Origin: Vicugna vicugna
Lineage: Eukaryota
Assembly: GCA_013265495.1 (NCBI GenBank)
Contig: MU061578.1
Coordinates: forward strand, 2,179,308 to 2,243,307
Direction: 5' to 3'
DNA: 64,000 nt
A program made the translations under genes and the position numbers. The notes under the pieces are model-generated. The model saw nothing but the letters and a program-made list of their open reading frames with translations. It was not told where the DNA came from and did not search any database. Positions 37,316 to 50,190 of the stretch are shown here, piece after piece. Every line of letters starts with the position of its first letter. Position 1 is the first letter of the stretch.

Positions 37316-37864
37316 AATCTAGAGAGAGGGGATTCTTAGCATCAGCGGAAGGAGTATCTTCAAGTACTATGCAGAAGTAGAATGTAAGTTGTCTTACGTA
37401 GTTTTAAAGGAGTAGAAAATAGGACCAATGTGTGGAGGAGACTGATGTGGGCTCAACAGGAGAAAGAATATTCTTAGAGTCAGAGCTGCTGCCCAAAATA
37501 GGCTTCCCTGGGAAGCAGTGCGCACTCTGTCTTGGACATGTGCAAGGAGAAGGTAAAAAACCACTTTCCAGAACATTGTAAAGATATTCCAGCGTTGCCT
37601 AGACAATTGGTCAAGGACAAAGGGCTTCTTAGCTTGTTTGTGTCATGAATCCCCTCAGAAGTCAGACGAAACCTAAGTACCACTTCTTAGAATAACATTT
37701 ATAAATGCACAGATAAAATACATAGAATTATAAAGGGAACTTATATTAAAATACAGATATCAAAATTTGTAATAGAGCAATGTATCTGTGCTTTTTAGTT
37801 GAGGCATTAAATAACAATATCCATGGTAGTCTGTAGTAATTTTGAAGTAGAGATGAGCATAAAG

Positions 37865-38083
37865 TAGTGGTCAGCAAACCATGGTCCCCAGATCAAGTCT
37901 GGCCCACAACTTGTTTTTGTAAATAAAGTTTTATTGAAACACAGTCAGTCCCATTTGTTTACATACCAAGGCTGCTTTCATGCTAAACAGAGTAGTTTAG
38001 TAGTTAAGACAGCAACCACGTGGGCCACAACACCAAAAATATTTACTACCTGGTCTTTTACATAAAAAGCTTACCAACCCCTG
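37865..38083. mobile_element. MER58A nested in Charlie4a-like element
   Basis: Full length; perfect 8-bp TSD gcataaag (37857-37864 / 38084-38091). Confidence 0.92.
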
Positions 38084-38235
38084 GCATAAAGAACTTTTAA
38101 GGTATCTGTAACACTATGAAATACCTGGAATTTCTATTAGTGATCGAGCCACAGGTACTACTAGCATTACTGAGGTTTGTTTTGAAATTCACACTTGAGG
38201 AGTGTAGTAAATTTCTGGTAAAAGGCTAAAAATGC

Positions 38236-38409
38236 TGGGGAGAGGAGTGACTGCTTAATGGATATGGGGTTTCCATTTGGGGTGATGAGAAAATTCTGGA
38301 ACAGTGGTGATGGGTGCTAACACTGTGAATGTACTTAATGTCCCTGGTTGTATATTGTAAATTGGTTAAAACGGTGCATTTCATGTTATGTGTTTTTTTA
38401 CTACAAAAA
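38236..38409 (+). mobile_element. L1MB-type 3' end nested in Charlie4a-like element
   Basis: gagtgactgcttaatgg.tatggggtttcc.tttggggtgatga.aaaattctggaa...poly(A); TSD aaaaatgc (38228-38235 / 38410-38417). Confidence 0.85.
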
Positions 38410-39779
38410 AAAAATGCACTAAAAAAAGGATGATTTCTTTCCATCCAAATTCACGGACCTCCTGAATTCCAATCATGAACTCCAGGTAAAAATCCAAGTA
38501 TATTCCAGGAGTCTAAGTTCTTAGAGAAACGCTCAGGCCACGGACAGGAAAATGTAATGATTCTGGGGAGTGATGGAGTAAAAGCAAGAGGTTGAGTCTG
38601 CTGGTGATGGAAGCAGAGGGACAGAGCCCACTTCCAAGTCCCTTGGGCACACAAGCCAGAACTGAGCATGTAGTCATACCACCAGGGTGGCCCAGGGAAG
38701 CACAGGAAAAAATAAATCTCCCAGCCCACCTCAGGAACCCAGGAACTAGAGACAGGACACCCCCTAGGGTTTCTTTTAGTGACGCTCTGGGTTTGTATGC
38801 TGTGTACCACACACCCGCCCTCGGACCTCTGAAGCCACGGGGCTCTGCACCTGCAAGGATCACATGAAAGGCCATGTCTGAGCCTGCAGCCTGGGAGGAC
38901 AGAGGTCTCAGATGCCCTGCAAAGGCAGGATGCCTAATTGTGGAACTCAATTCTGTTTTCATAGGAATCAGTTTGGAGGGATTTTCATTTTCAATTATTC
39001 AACAACATCCAATTTTCCCTTCACACCTCAGCCAGACAGGAGGAGAGAAATTGCATATGTCAATCACCCCCAAAGGCCGCTGACCAGCCTGAAGTCACCC
39101 CATATGGAGGGAGCATGAGCGGGGCCCTGGGAACGTGCCCTGGCTTTTCCGAGACAAATGGAGACACCAGATGGCCTTTTGCCCCAGACTCCGGGACACT
39201 GTCTGGCGCTTGTTTTCCCTGTCAAGGAGGGAGACAGACAATCTTTACGCTGGCAAGAGTGACACGCTTGGGGGACCAAGGAGGGAAGCAGGCCCTGGCT
39301 CCTTCCCCTTTCCCCCGGACAGCCTTTCTGCCCGTATTCATCCAGCATCACAGAGTGCCCTTCCGAGCTCTTGGAAATAACAGGAAATCACAGTTCAGAC
39401 TCCTAAGCCCCCTCCTCCCATCCCATAACTCCGAGAAAATGAATGCAATCATTCTCCACCTTGGCTCTGTACGCCTCAGCGTGAAGGTGAGCCCCTCCAG
39501 TTCCCAGGCACAGACGGGTTAAGCAACTCGCCCAAGTTTCCATAACCAGTTAGTGGCAGAACCTGGATTCAAAGCCAGAGTCTGGCTGCCGAACCTTAAC
39601 TCCTTCCCCGGAAAGGACGCTACCTGACAGGCAGACTCTCAGTGAGCAACACTTTCATTGCCTCCAGTAGAAATGTTAGTGTCATGTCACGTCTGTGACT
39701 CTGCATGCTGGCTAGCTTCCCAAAACTCGCCACACGGGATTCAACCACGTGTTTATTTAGTGGTTGCAAACCAGCCCTC

Positions 39780-40800
39780 AGTAAACTTCCAAAACAGTAA
39801 CTGAGTGCCTACTCCGTGCCAGGCCTGGTGCTGGCAGATGAGAATAAAGGGAGTGAACGTTTGTCCACTCACGGCCCAAATACCTGACCGCCCTCTGTGT
39901 GCCGGGGGCTGCCGCATCGCCCTCCAGGGCTCTCCGTGAATAGGGAGAGGCAGACGCGTAAGGCGATGGGCTTTTCCAGGGGGTTAAGTGAGCTAAAAGG
40001 GATGGAATTCTGAGCCGGTGCAGAAGGGCTCTCACCAGCAGCAACAACAACAGCAGCAGTAATAATAATAGTAGAGCAGTGGATGCTCTTTATGGGACAC
40101 TTCCTGCGTGCCAGGTATGGTTCTCAGCGCTCTAAAGCCTTGCACTAAATCCTCAGCTCTGTGATAGAAAAGCTATCTGGGGCCCCACTTTACAGACGAA
40201 AGAACTGGGAGCAGAGGCTAAGTTACTTGCCCGAGGTCTCACCGGTGGTAGCAGATGGAGCCAGAACTTCCAGTCTGGGAATCTGGCTCCAGAGAACAGG
40301 CTGTTAACCAGTTTACTATACCATGTGCCGCCTCCTCCCCACAATGAATAAACGTTTGCTGGGCTGAACCGCCCAGGACCGGCGGGGAGGGCGGAGCCGG
40401 ACGGCAGCAGTGAGGCCAAGAGAACAACGGGAAACCACTCCTCTGCCCAGGCTGGGACGCACGGTGTCCAGACTGGCCGTGGCCTCGGCCCCAGCACCTG
40501 AGGTGGCTCCTGTATTATCTCTGAGGCCAGATGAGCAGGAAATGACGTCGGTCGGCCAGAAGGGGCTTTCAGCCTCTCTGAGCGATGACTTTGTCCTGAG
40601 AGGGGGTGGGCTGCAGTATGAGTGGGGGCTGCAGGGACCCTGGTGGGAGCATCTCCCGGCAGCGGGTCTATGGGAGAGGAAGGGAGGGGAGCAGCCAGCC
40701 TCTGCAGGGCAAACGGCCGGCCAGGGCCCGCCCTCCCCGCTCTCCCAGGGCAGGTGGGCTCGTGGGCGGGTGCTGTGATGACAGACCACCTTAACCGTGT
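39780..40800. promoter_or_regulatory. CpG-rich patch / candidate orphan CpG island or enhancer
   Basis: Visibly higher CpG and GC than flanks; GC boxes at 40381-40396 and ~40726-40740; caggaaatgacgtcg at 40536-40550. Confidence 0.45.
40090..40320 (-). mobile_element. MIR
   Basis: ccccactttacagacgaaagaactgggagcagaggctaagttacttgcccgaggtc. Confidence 0.8.
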
Positions 40801-41659
40801 GGGACTTTGGGGCCAAAGGCTAGGAAAACTGTCATTCAGAGAGAGGACAGCACTCCCTGAAACTGGGATCAAGGTTTCCTCTGATTAAGGAATTGATGTC
40901 AAAGATAGGGCCGGATGCAGACTGGCGTGTTTAACTGTCTGATCCACTTAAAACCCTGGGAGGCTGGGAGAGCCCGGGAGACAGACAGGGGCACAGTGTC
41001 ACCAGGATGCCACTGGAGTCACGGGCAACGATTCAGGAGGCTGCTGCGATGCTCTTCAGAGAATAATTTCATATCTCTTTCTCAGAGGGAGCACCTTCCT
41101 CCTCATAAAGCTCATCTTCAGGAGCCCCCTGACAACTGACCAGCAAGCACAGCATCAAGTCAGCGAAGGATGTGCAGGGCTCACAAGGACAAAGGCTTCG
41201 GGGACAGCTCCCAGCCCTGCAGCCTGGAAGCCTGATGGGGCCCGACTGGGGCCACACAGATGGTCCCTCCTCGTCCCACCTGGTCCCCCCGATGCCTTCT
41301 CCCCCTGCCTCCCCTCCTCTCAGGTTGATGCTGCAGACAATCAGATTCCTTTAGCAAAAGTGTGTGTGCTCAGTGCCACGCAAAGCACCAAAGACACAAA
41401 GCCGAGAAAGCAGAAACGCAGGGTGGGGAAGAGAACAGACCTTGTTGTCAGGCTGTGGTGTAAGGCCTGACCAGGGGCAAGTGTCTTAATCCTATGAGCC
41501 CCAGCTCCCTTGTCTGTGAAGTGGGATAACAGAAACACACAACGTGAATTCCTAGGATGGGGCGGAAGTGTGGTCCTCATACACAATGAGCACTTGATAA
41601 AGTTACCTGAAAGCTAGGATGTCTGTCATCCCTCCTCACCAGAATTTCTGGTGCGGGAC

Positions 41660-42480
41660 GACTGGCTCCTGTACAAGTAATTCCAATCGAGTGTGATGGA
41701 AGGAGAGGTGAACAGAAAGGCCAGCCTTCTCTGATAGAGCCATGAAGGAAACGGGGAGGTGACATTTAAGAGAAGAAGTCAGCCTCCACGGCAGAGAACA
41801 GTTATCAGTCATTTCTGCAGCTCCAGGGCCTACCTGGGGCTGGGTCTGGCATGCAGGGAAAAGGCTGGTAACACATCTGTTGAGAGAAACTAAAGCCAAG
41901 TCTTAAAAGATATACCAGACTTCACTGGGCAGACAGGGCAGATGGAAAGGGCATTCCAGGCAGAGGGAACCACATGGGCAGAGGCCACAAGACAGGACTT
42001 TGATGTCAGGTAGGTCCACCTTTACGGGACATCTGGCTCCTGAGGGGTGAACAGCAGAAGGCAAGGCAGCGGGGGTCCAGGCTCCAGCTCGGAGAGCCTT
42101 GGTTTCCAAGACAGAGCGTTTGTGCCGCTTCTGTGGGCAAAGTGGAGCCTCTAGAGGGTCAAACTGCGAAGCGGCCTGATGAGGAAAAACTTTTGAAAGA
42201 TCACTCTGGGGCAGAGGCAGAGCACATCGTGAAGCAGAGGAGCCCCAGGTGGAAGATGTTGCTAAGTTCCCAGGGCAGGAAGGTGGCCCTGTGGATGGAG
42301 AGAAAGCAGGGCAGTGGGGGAAGGATGGGGTTGGGGAAGGTTCAAGGGGGAATTAAGACAGGGAGTGATGGAGTGTGCAGGCTCATCCCTGGAGTGGTGG
42401 GAATGAGGGAGAGATGAGTCCAGGGTGACGTGTTTGGTGGATGGAGAGACACTGACTGAGGCTGAAGTCATGGAAGGAGG
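41660..42480 (-). mobile_element. L2 fragment
   Basis: ggaaagggcattccaggcagagggaaccacatgggcagaggcc; ttttgaaagatcactctgg. Confidence 0.7.
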
Positions 42481-43624
42481 AATCTCCAAGGTAGCCCTGT
42501 TGAGTCCTACTTTCTGCTCCCTCCCCAAAGCAAGAAGAGTCCTAGAAACATTCTAGAAATGGACTTCGGCCATCTCCCTTCCAGAGGTTCTGTGTGTCTT
42601 CAGAGAAGGGCTTTAGAAGATGTACCTAGCATGGCGCCTGACTGTGATTGGTGCCCAAGGAGTCTGTTGATTGACTGAAGGAAGGCAGAAACTCCTGCAT
42701 GGCTTACAGATACCCCAAGAGCAGGAACCAGGGCTTCCGGTGTCTCATTACATGTGGAATTTGAAGGCCAAATGATGCAGGCACTTGTAGGGCATGACTT
42801 AGAGTGAAACCCAGGCTCCCCTACTTGGACAAATCACCTCCTCTTCTGAGTCTCAGCTTCCCCACCTGCACAATGATGATGGTATTGATCACCTGGAAGC
42901 ATCAATGAGTCAGACATGGAAACCACACAACACCCGGCCTGGCTCAGCAGCAGTTCAGTGATTGGTAATGATGCTAATAATGGTGACAATGCCAATGACT
43001 TGCTGCTACTATTGATCAGGATGATGATGAAGATTATTGAATGTCTTCATCCATCACTCCGTGCTTAAAACCCTTCAAAGCTCCCACTGCCCTCATGATA
43101 AAGACCAAGTTACTTAATATGGCCCATAAGACCCACTACTTCTGACTCCTGCTTGCATTTCCAGCCCTGACTTGATGAAACCTTCTTGTCTTCTCTCTCT
43201 CTTTCTTTCTCTCTCCTTCTCTCTCTCTCCATCTCAATGGCTTCTCTCTGACTAAGGGGCTTGGTAACCTACCATCCCACCAGATATCAGCAAGACCTTC
43301 TCCTGTACCCTGAGCTGTGAGAGTTTTTGGCTTAACCAAATGTTCTTCCATTAATTTCTCACTGTCTTACTTATTCAAAAGTCGTTTATCTACTACCTAC
43401 TGGGTGCCAGGTGCTATGAAAACTGAAGTTCCAGCCATGGATGGGATATCAGTGAATAGTCCATTATCCATCCATGCCTGCTTGTCAGAGAGCTCAGTTT
43501 AAAAAGAAATGTGAGGGGAATGAGGTAGGATAGACAGTCACTGATCCCAGAGACCCAAGCTGCTCTCCACTCCTGTTTAATGACAGTAGCAGAAGTATAG
43601 CTGCTCCCAGAAACACCTACCTTC

Positions 43625-43625
<1 letters not shown>

Positions 43626-43655
<30 letters not shown>
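43626..43655. repeat. (CA)n microsatellite
   Basis: acacacac run. Confidence 0.95.
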
Positions 43656-43658
<3 letters not shown>

Positions 43659-45209
43659 CTAGCAGAAGACCCAAATCGGATTATAAAATTGGGAGGAAAT
43701 CCCAGAAAGGAGGTATCCTCAGCTGAACTCAAAGTGGAATTCGGAGTCTGGTTTTCTGGGGATTCATAGATAGGTGGGTGGATCTTCAGCCCAGGGTGTT
43801 TACTTGCATGGGAGGAAGAGAGACTGTGAAAAGGAATATTTTTTCTTGGATTCCCAAGAAGGGAGACAACACAGAGAGAGTGGAATGGCATTTTTCTTAG
43901 CCTGGATCTTGGAATAAGAAATTGCAGAGAAAACAGCTTCAGACAGGAGATGAAAGAGCAGCTTTCATGAGACCCTGTGGAATCTGGGGCTCAGGTGGCA
44001 CAGTTTGGGGGCCCAGTTGACCCACCTGGTGAAGAAGAGTTGATCTTGTCTCTTCTACAGAGGAAAGTGTATTGCTTCAGCCAGTGAAACTGAAAGGGAC
44101 CTGGAGGGTTTTATAACTTCAAGTACTGGAAGTCAGGGAAGCCTTCCTAGAGGAGGTGGGAATAGAGCTTAGATGAACAGGTAGCATAGGGTAAAGGTGT
44201 GTCAGAAAACATCACCTGCTTCTGACACCCCAGGATCTCAAAGCCTAAGGATGCACCAAGTGAAACAAAATGGAGACACATGAGAAAGAGCATCTTCAAG
44301 GAGCTACTGGGTGCTTGATGGTGGGTGCTGGTCTGAAACTCAGAAGCAAAGCTTCCCATCTTCCCAGAGACCCCACATCAAGGACTAGAGGCTCACACAA
44401 GGCCATCAGCCATAGCAAGAGCTACTGTCCCACCAACAGGGCCCCTCTCCCATGACCCACCCACCTAGGAGCTGTGATAGCCAACGAATGCCAGCGGATA
44501 TTAACCAACTGTAATACCCATGCAGCATCCATGCCAGAGCCTGGCCCCCAGCCCTGCCCCCACCCGAGTTCATTACTGAGCACTGCATCACTGCTCTCCG
44601 CAGCATCAATTTCTCTGGGCTCCACGCTCTCCCGGGTAGGGATAATAAATGTGTTCGGAAGTGTGGGGTGATTTATTAAAGTGCATTGTATTGCAATGGT
44701 TTTACAAGAAGATTAATTTTTAATAAAGAAACCTATTACCTCACTCTTTGAGGACCTTCACGCACCTAAGAAAAATGATTCTCTTTGCCTCTGTGGAAGC
44801 CTCCGTGGCTTCTTTCCTGGAACACGGTCTACTTCACTTTCTTTAGGCTCCTCCCCAGAGAGGAAGATGGACTTTCTGACTGGGGTCCAAATGGAATCTT
44901 CTTGGTCCATTAGTGACCAAATGCCCATTTTTTAGGCTCTTTTCTTAACCACCCTGGCTTGGGTTTCAGGTCAGCAGAGCTGTCCCCGTTCTAATCATGA
45001 GAAGTGGTTCAGAGCAGATGAGGGGCCAGACCCTCGATGCCCAAGGCCCAGGCCAGCTGCTGACCACTGGATCCTCTGACCCAGGGCATGAGGGATGGAA
45101 GGGAATTTAAAGGAGACCCATGCATGATTAAGACATCAGAACGCAAGTCAGGAGTAAAAGTAAAAAAAAACTAAGCAGCCTTATACACAAGTGGACAAGA
45201 TGACAGGCT

Positions 45210-45370
45210 TGAAATCCCAGCACCCCGCCATTCAAGACCTATGCGACCTTGAGCAAGTTACATGACCTCTGGGCCTGAAAGTCCCCATCTGTGAAATGGG
45301 CACTGACAAAATCAGGGGCAGGATTCAATGGGCTGAAACAAGTGAAGTTCTTGGCACGGGACCTACTTTT
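45210..45370 (+). mobile_element. MIR
   Basis: gaccttgagcaagttacatgacctctgggcct...ccccatctgtgaaatggg. Confidence 0.8.
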
Positions 45371-46054
45371 GTTGTTACTGGTGTTGCTGTTGCTGTTGTT
45401 ATTATCGAGAAGAGAAAAAGTCTGAGGGGGCTGGGACTTGGGGTGGGGATGCTCTTTGTATAAATTTAAAATTCCTTCATCTCTCCTTTGTGAGGAATAA
45501 CATACAGGGAAATAGGTGTACAATTTGCCAAGGAGACTTCAGCCAAAGCTGAGAAAGGACAGCCATGGATGTTGATCTGAGCCAAGGAGGGGCCTGACAG
45601 CCAGATTCAGGCAACCAAGAGAGGGTACAAAGATTCCTACTCTGGTGGGTTTTTAGACCAAGAAAAGTGCCCTCTGGCAAGAGTAATGACAGGTTAGTTA
45701 ACTTGGTGACAGAAAGTTAGTCACTGAAATTTATTATGATCATCATTATTATTATTACTTAAGTTAAACCACTTAATTAAAAAATTAGTTGAGAACCTAC
45801 CATGTGCTGGAATTCCATCTACTATAATCCCAGGGACCCAACTCAACCATGAATACCTTTAATTACGCATAAAGGGCTTTGAAGTAAGCTCAGGGTCAAA
45901 CAGATCACTAAAGTTCCCAATGAGACTGAATCCGAATAATGAAATACCAATAATAGCTAATGTATATTAAGGACTTGGTCTGTGCCAGACACTTCACTAA
46001 GTACTTGATATATTAGCTCATTGAATCCTCAGAGTAACTCTGTAACTCCATAAC

Positions 46055-47390
46055 AGGAAGAAACCATTTGCAAATCACGTATCTGATAGAGGATCGACAT
46101 TAAATAAGGAACACTTAAACCTCAATAATATTTGCCTGCGCTGATATTCAACATAAATGGAATTCTGCAATATGTGGACTTTTGTGTCTGACTTCTTTCA
46201 CTGAGCATAATGTGCTCAAGGTTCATCCACATTGTAGTGTGTATCAGTATTTCATTCCTTTTTATGACTAAGTAATATTCTACTGTATGGACAGACCACA
46301 CAGAGACAGAAAGCAAATTAGAGGTTGTCAGGTGCTGACAGGGGGAAGAGTGAACGGGGAGTGGCCATTTAATGAGTATGGAGTTTCTGTTTGGGGTCTA
46401 GAACTACAGTGGTGATGGCTGTACAAAATTGTGGATGTACTTAATACTGTTGAAATGTATGCTTTAAAATGGTTTAAATGGTAGTATTTAACCACAATAA
46501 AAATATCTCAATAAGAAGAAAATAAACAACCTTAATCTAAAAAAAAATAGGCAAAAGCTTTGAACAAAAACTTCACCAAAGAAGATAGTATACAGACGAC
46601 AAATAAACAACTGAAAGATGCCAACATCGGAAGTCATCAGGGAAATGAAATTAAAAACACAATGAGATGCCACCACATACCCATTAGAAGGTCTAAAATT
46701 AAAAAGACTAATCGTACCAAATACCAGTTAGGATGTGAGGAACTAGAATGCTCATCTATTGCTGGTAGGAACATAAAATGATACAAGTGCGTTGGAAACA
46801 GTTTAGCAGTTTCTTAAAAAGTTGAACATTCACCTACATATGATCCAGCCATTCCACCTCGAGGTGTTTACCCAAGAGAAATGAAAGCTCTGTCCACACA
46901 CAGACTTGTACACCCACGGTCACATCAGCATTACTTCTAACACTCCAAAACTGGAAAGAAACCAAATGACCATCAATTGGTGAATGAATAAACAAAATGT
47001 GGTAAGTCCATTCAGTGGAATTCTACTCAACAATGCACAGAATGAAATACAGCTACATGCAACAACATGGGTGAACCCCAAAGTCATTACAGCAAGTGAA
47101 AAAAGCCAGATGCAAAGGACATACTTGCTATTCAATTCATATAAACAGCCCCCAAAAGGCAAATTCATAGAAATGTAAATCAGATCAATAGTTTCCTGGG
47201 GCTTCAGAAGTTACCTGAAGCTAGAGGTTAGGGGAGTGGGAACTGACTGCAAATGGAATATTTTGAGGCTGAGGGAGAAATTCTAAAACTGGATCGTGGT
47301 GATGGTTGTACAACTCTATAAACTTACTAAAAATCGCTGCATACTACAAAAATAATAGGTGATTATTACAGTATGCCAATTATATCTCAA
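46055..47390 (+). mobile_element. Old L1 (ORF2 C-terminus plus 3'UTR), interrupted by an inverted L1MB insertion
   Basis: ORF 46560-46781 (NKNFTKED...IKNTMRCHHIPIR.SKIKK...GCEE) resembles the L1 ORF2 C-terminal region and is decayed; L1 3'UTR motifs follow. Confidence 0.88.
46129..46504. mobile_element. 5'-inverted (twin-primed) L1MB-type insertion
   Basis: 46129-46300 is antisense and 46301-46504 is sense ending in aataaaaa; the two parts are adjacent in the L1 3'UTR; TSD ctcaataa at 46121 and 46507. Confidence 0.8.
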
Positions 47391-47394
47391 TATG

Positions 47395-47636
47395 GAAACA
47401 GTATATACCGTTTACATAATTCCATTTATATAAAATTCTAGAAAATGTAAACCAAACTATAGATTTAGAAAGCAGATCTGTGGTTGCCTGAGGAAGGTGG
47501 GCTCAGGGAGTGATGGATATATTCATTGTCCTGATTGTGATGATGGTTTTACAGGTATTTGCAAATGTCAACACTTACCAGATTTTACTCTTTAAATATA
47601 TGCAGTTTTTCTGGGTGTCACTTGTACCTTAGCAAA
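47395..47636 (+). mobile_element. L1MD/ME-type 3' end
   Basis: attccatttatataaaattctagaaaatg...gaaagcagatc.gtggttgcctg...tgattgtgatgatggtttt. Confidence 0.75.
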
Positions 47637-47879
47637 TTTTTTCTTTTTTTTTTTTTAAGGAGAGAAGACTCCCAGTTGAGGGCAACCCAATTCTTTGCGA
47701 CCATCGCCTTCTGCAAACACATCTATGACTCAGAGGGGAGACACCAGGAGTGATGTTCAGTATTAAACAGAGTTAACTATGAGGTCTCAGTCCCAAGGAG
47801 GATGGAAAGCCGGATGTATTTAATGTAGACCCTGCGGTCTGATCATACAGAAAGGAGAGTAGCATAGCTGTTTAGGAGT

Positions 47880-48032
47880 TCCAGGATTGGATTGGGGTCT
47901 CCCTCAATGACTGCATTCCAACTTAATCACCTCTTTAAAGATGCAATCTCAAATGCAGTCACATTCCAAGTTAGTGAGGGCTCGGACTTCAACATTTGAA
48001 TTTTAGGGAGGTGCATATCTCAGCCCGTAACA
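47880..48032 (-). mobile_element. MLT1B/C fragment
   Basis: aacttaatcacctctttaaaga...tcaaatgcagtcacattc...ggacttcaacatttgaatttt...cagcccgtaaca. Confidence 0.75.
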
Positions 48033-48227
48033 CTCTGTGAGGATACAAATGTAGAACCATCAAGGCTGACAGGTGTTCCAGAGCCACAGCAAGGAAGGAG
48101 GAGGATACTGAAAGCAAAGGATGGGGAAATCCCTGTGTGACATCCAAACACGGTTTATGAGATGGAATGTTCTCTATTGGTTGGTTGTGCTGTCTCAGGC
48201 AGATGCAACTCCTGGAAGTGCTGAGTG

Positions 48228-48402
48228 GTCTAGCTCCTTGCACCTCAATGTGTGGCCCAGACCAGCAACACTGGCATCACTCCGGAGCTTGTTAGAAATG
48301 CAGATCTCTGGCCCCAGCCCACCCCAGACCTACTCAACCAGCCGGCACAGTAACAAGATTCCAAGGTGATTTCTGCTCCTGTTTGAGTCTGAGAAGCACT
48401 AA
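48228..48402. mobile_element. MER5A
   Basis: gtgtggcccagaccagca..ggcatcac..ggagcttgttagaaatgcagat.tct.gcccc...tttgagtctgagaagcact. Confidence 0.85.
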
Positions 48403-49709
48403 TCTAGACCCTCAGCTTCTTCCTGGCTCCCTCCCCAACAGAAGCCGGGATTTCCAGAATTGATCCCTGTTCAGAAGCCTCCCCACCCTGACTTTGTTCC
48501 ATCCCTGTTTATACACTTGTGTGGCTGCCTATGCAATTAAGTTATAAAAAGACTCTAAAGAGTTCTATTAGCAAACTGGTTTGCACCCAATTGATTTCCT
48601 GGTTGTGCAAATGTGCTCAGTAATGACCCATTTTAATAGGAAGTGAAATTAGCCCAGAAACCCAGCTCCACCTTTCTCAGCCAGGCAGCCATCAGAGTTG
48701 ACCCTGGAGGAGCCAGCGCACCAGGGATCCTGGCCTGTGGCCTCCCCAGGAGGCTGTAAAATGATGAATGAAATGCTGAGAGAGGTGCTGAAAATGGTTG
48801 GCGCTCTAAACTGAGGACTGGTGAAGATCCATGGACCCAGTGAAGGGAAAGGAGTGAGCGACCACAACCGTCCCAAGGCCCTTGACACTGATGGGCTTCA
48901 GTTCAGTCCCTCTGGATTTCATGGGAGAGAAAGGAGGCTCAGAGCAGTTAAGTAATCATGCCCTCATCACCCAGCAAATGAATAGGGGAGCCAGGATTTG
49001 AACCCAGACATCTGACAACAAGAGCTGGGTGCCTAACATTCACACCGGGCCAGGCTCAGCCGTTGCTGCTGGGGTTGTCCGAGGAGACTTGAGTTTCTGC
49101 TTGAGGCCCTGCAAAGATATTTCTCTATCAGGCCATTCCATCTTTTCTGGGGGGTCCTCCCCTCTGGTTGGAAAGGCTGACTGCTTGGGAAAGTGGCTCT
49201 GAGAGGCTTAGAAAGAGCCTCTGGGAGGATCAGCGGGCTGAGGAGAAAGAAGGGCCCCCGGCGAGTGAGCTCCTGGAGGGCTGAGCCTGGCGGGGAGCAT
49301 CAGTGATCAGCAGCCCCTCCGCTAATTACAGAAGCTTATCCCAGGGCACCGCCCGGGTGTGTTTAGCTTCCAGATCCTGCCTCTCCCTCTGACTACAGTC
49401 TCTGGCAAGGACTCGATTTCCTAATGAAACCTGGACAGCTGGATTCACTCTCAGGGCCTGATTTTAGCCCCTGGAAAGCAAAGCAGAGTTGCTAACTGTT
49501 GGCCTCCCTCTGGTGCCCAAGGAAGAGTAAGAGGAAATGAGAGAATGTAGATAATGGGGGAGGCAGTTCCACTAGCAAAGGCCTGGGGGCTATGCTATCT
49601 TCATGAGCCTCTGTGTCAAATGGAAACAATACCACCAACCCCTCCTTTTCCCTCAGGGGGATGTCAGCGGCTTACACCCACACTGACTGACTCACCGGAG
49701 TCCAGCTGC

Positions 49710-50190
49710 CCTGGTGTATGTGCCAGATGGATACTCCACATTTGTGCCCCCAGGGCCACTCTCCACCCTGCTCTGTGCCCTGGCAGGTTGACCTCTATGG
49801 TCAACCTCGATGAGTTCCCTTCTCCATGGTGTTTGTCCAAAGGGAGACATCACCAGGGCAGCAGAGGGGAGGAGGAAAGGGGGAGCAGAGAATTTGTTCT
49901 CCTGACTCCCTCCCTGCTGGAATGCAGGTTAGCAATGACTTGACTGTCTCCTGAAGGTCACAGCCATGTCAGGCAACCTCTGGGTTCTGAGAACAACCCT
50001 TCCCCTCACCCCTTGAGGCCTCGGGGTAGTAACAGCTCCCCACTGGTGCTAGCTCCAGGGCGCTGCACCTCCTCTCATTCATTTCTCTTAACCCTGCCCG
50101 CTCTCTCATAAGCAACCCCCATCCTAAACTCTCCTCAATTCTCCCTTTTAGTACATGTCATCTGTTTCTGGCAGGGTTCCTGACCCATAC
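49710..50190. mobile_element. ERVL LTR33-like
   Basis: ctccaccctgctctgtgccctggcaggttgacct...aacagctcccc.ctggtgctagc...catctgtttc..gcagg..cctgac..ataca. Confidence 0.75.

Larger units (their letters stand above)
37618..38496. mobile_element. hAT Charlie4a-like host element carrying nested MER58A and L1 insertions
   Basis: cttcttagaataa..ataaaatacatag...aattttgaagtagagatgagcataaa...ccatccaaattcacggacctcctgaattc. Confidence 0.75.

Noticed and set aside
40153..40872. Longest ORF (239 aa, minus strand)
   Set aside because: Pro/Ala/Gly-rich product expected from GC-rich DNA; runs into a MIR; no recognisable domain
43400..44060. Possible ancient LTR
   Set aside because: I could not define termini, a TSD or a family with confidence
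46560..46781. ORF with real protein similarity
   Set aside because: Decayed L1 ORF2 C-terminus, not a host gene
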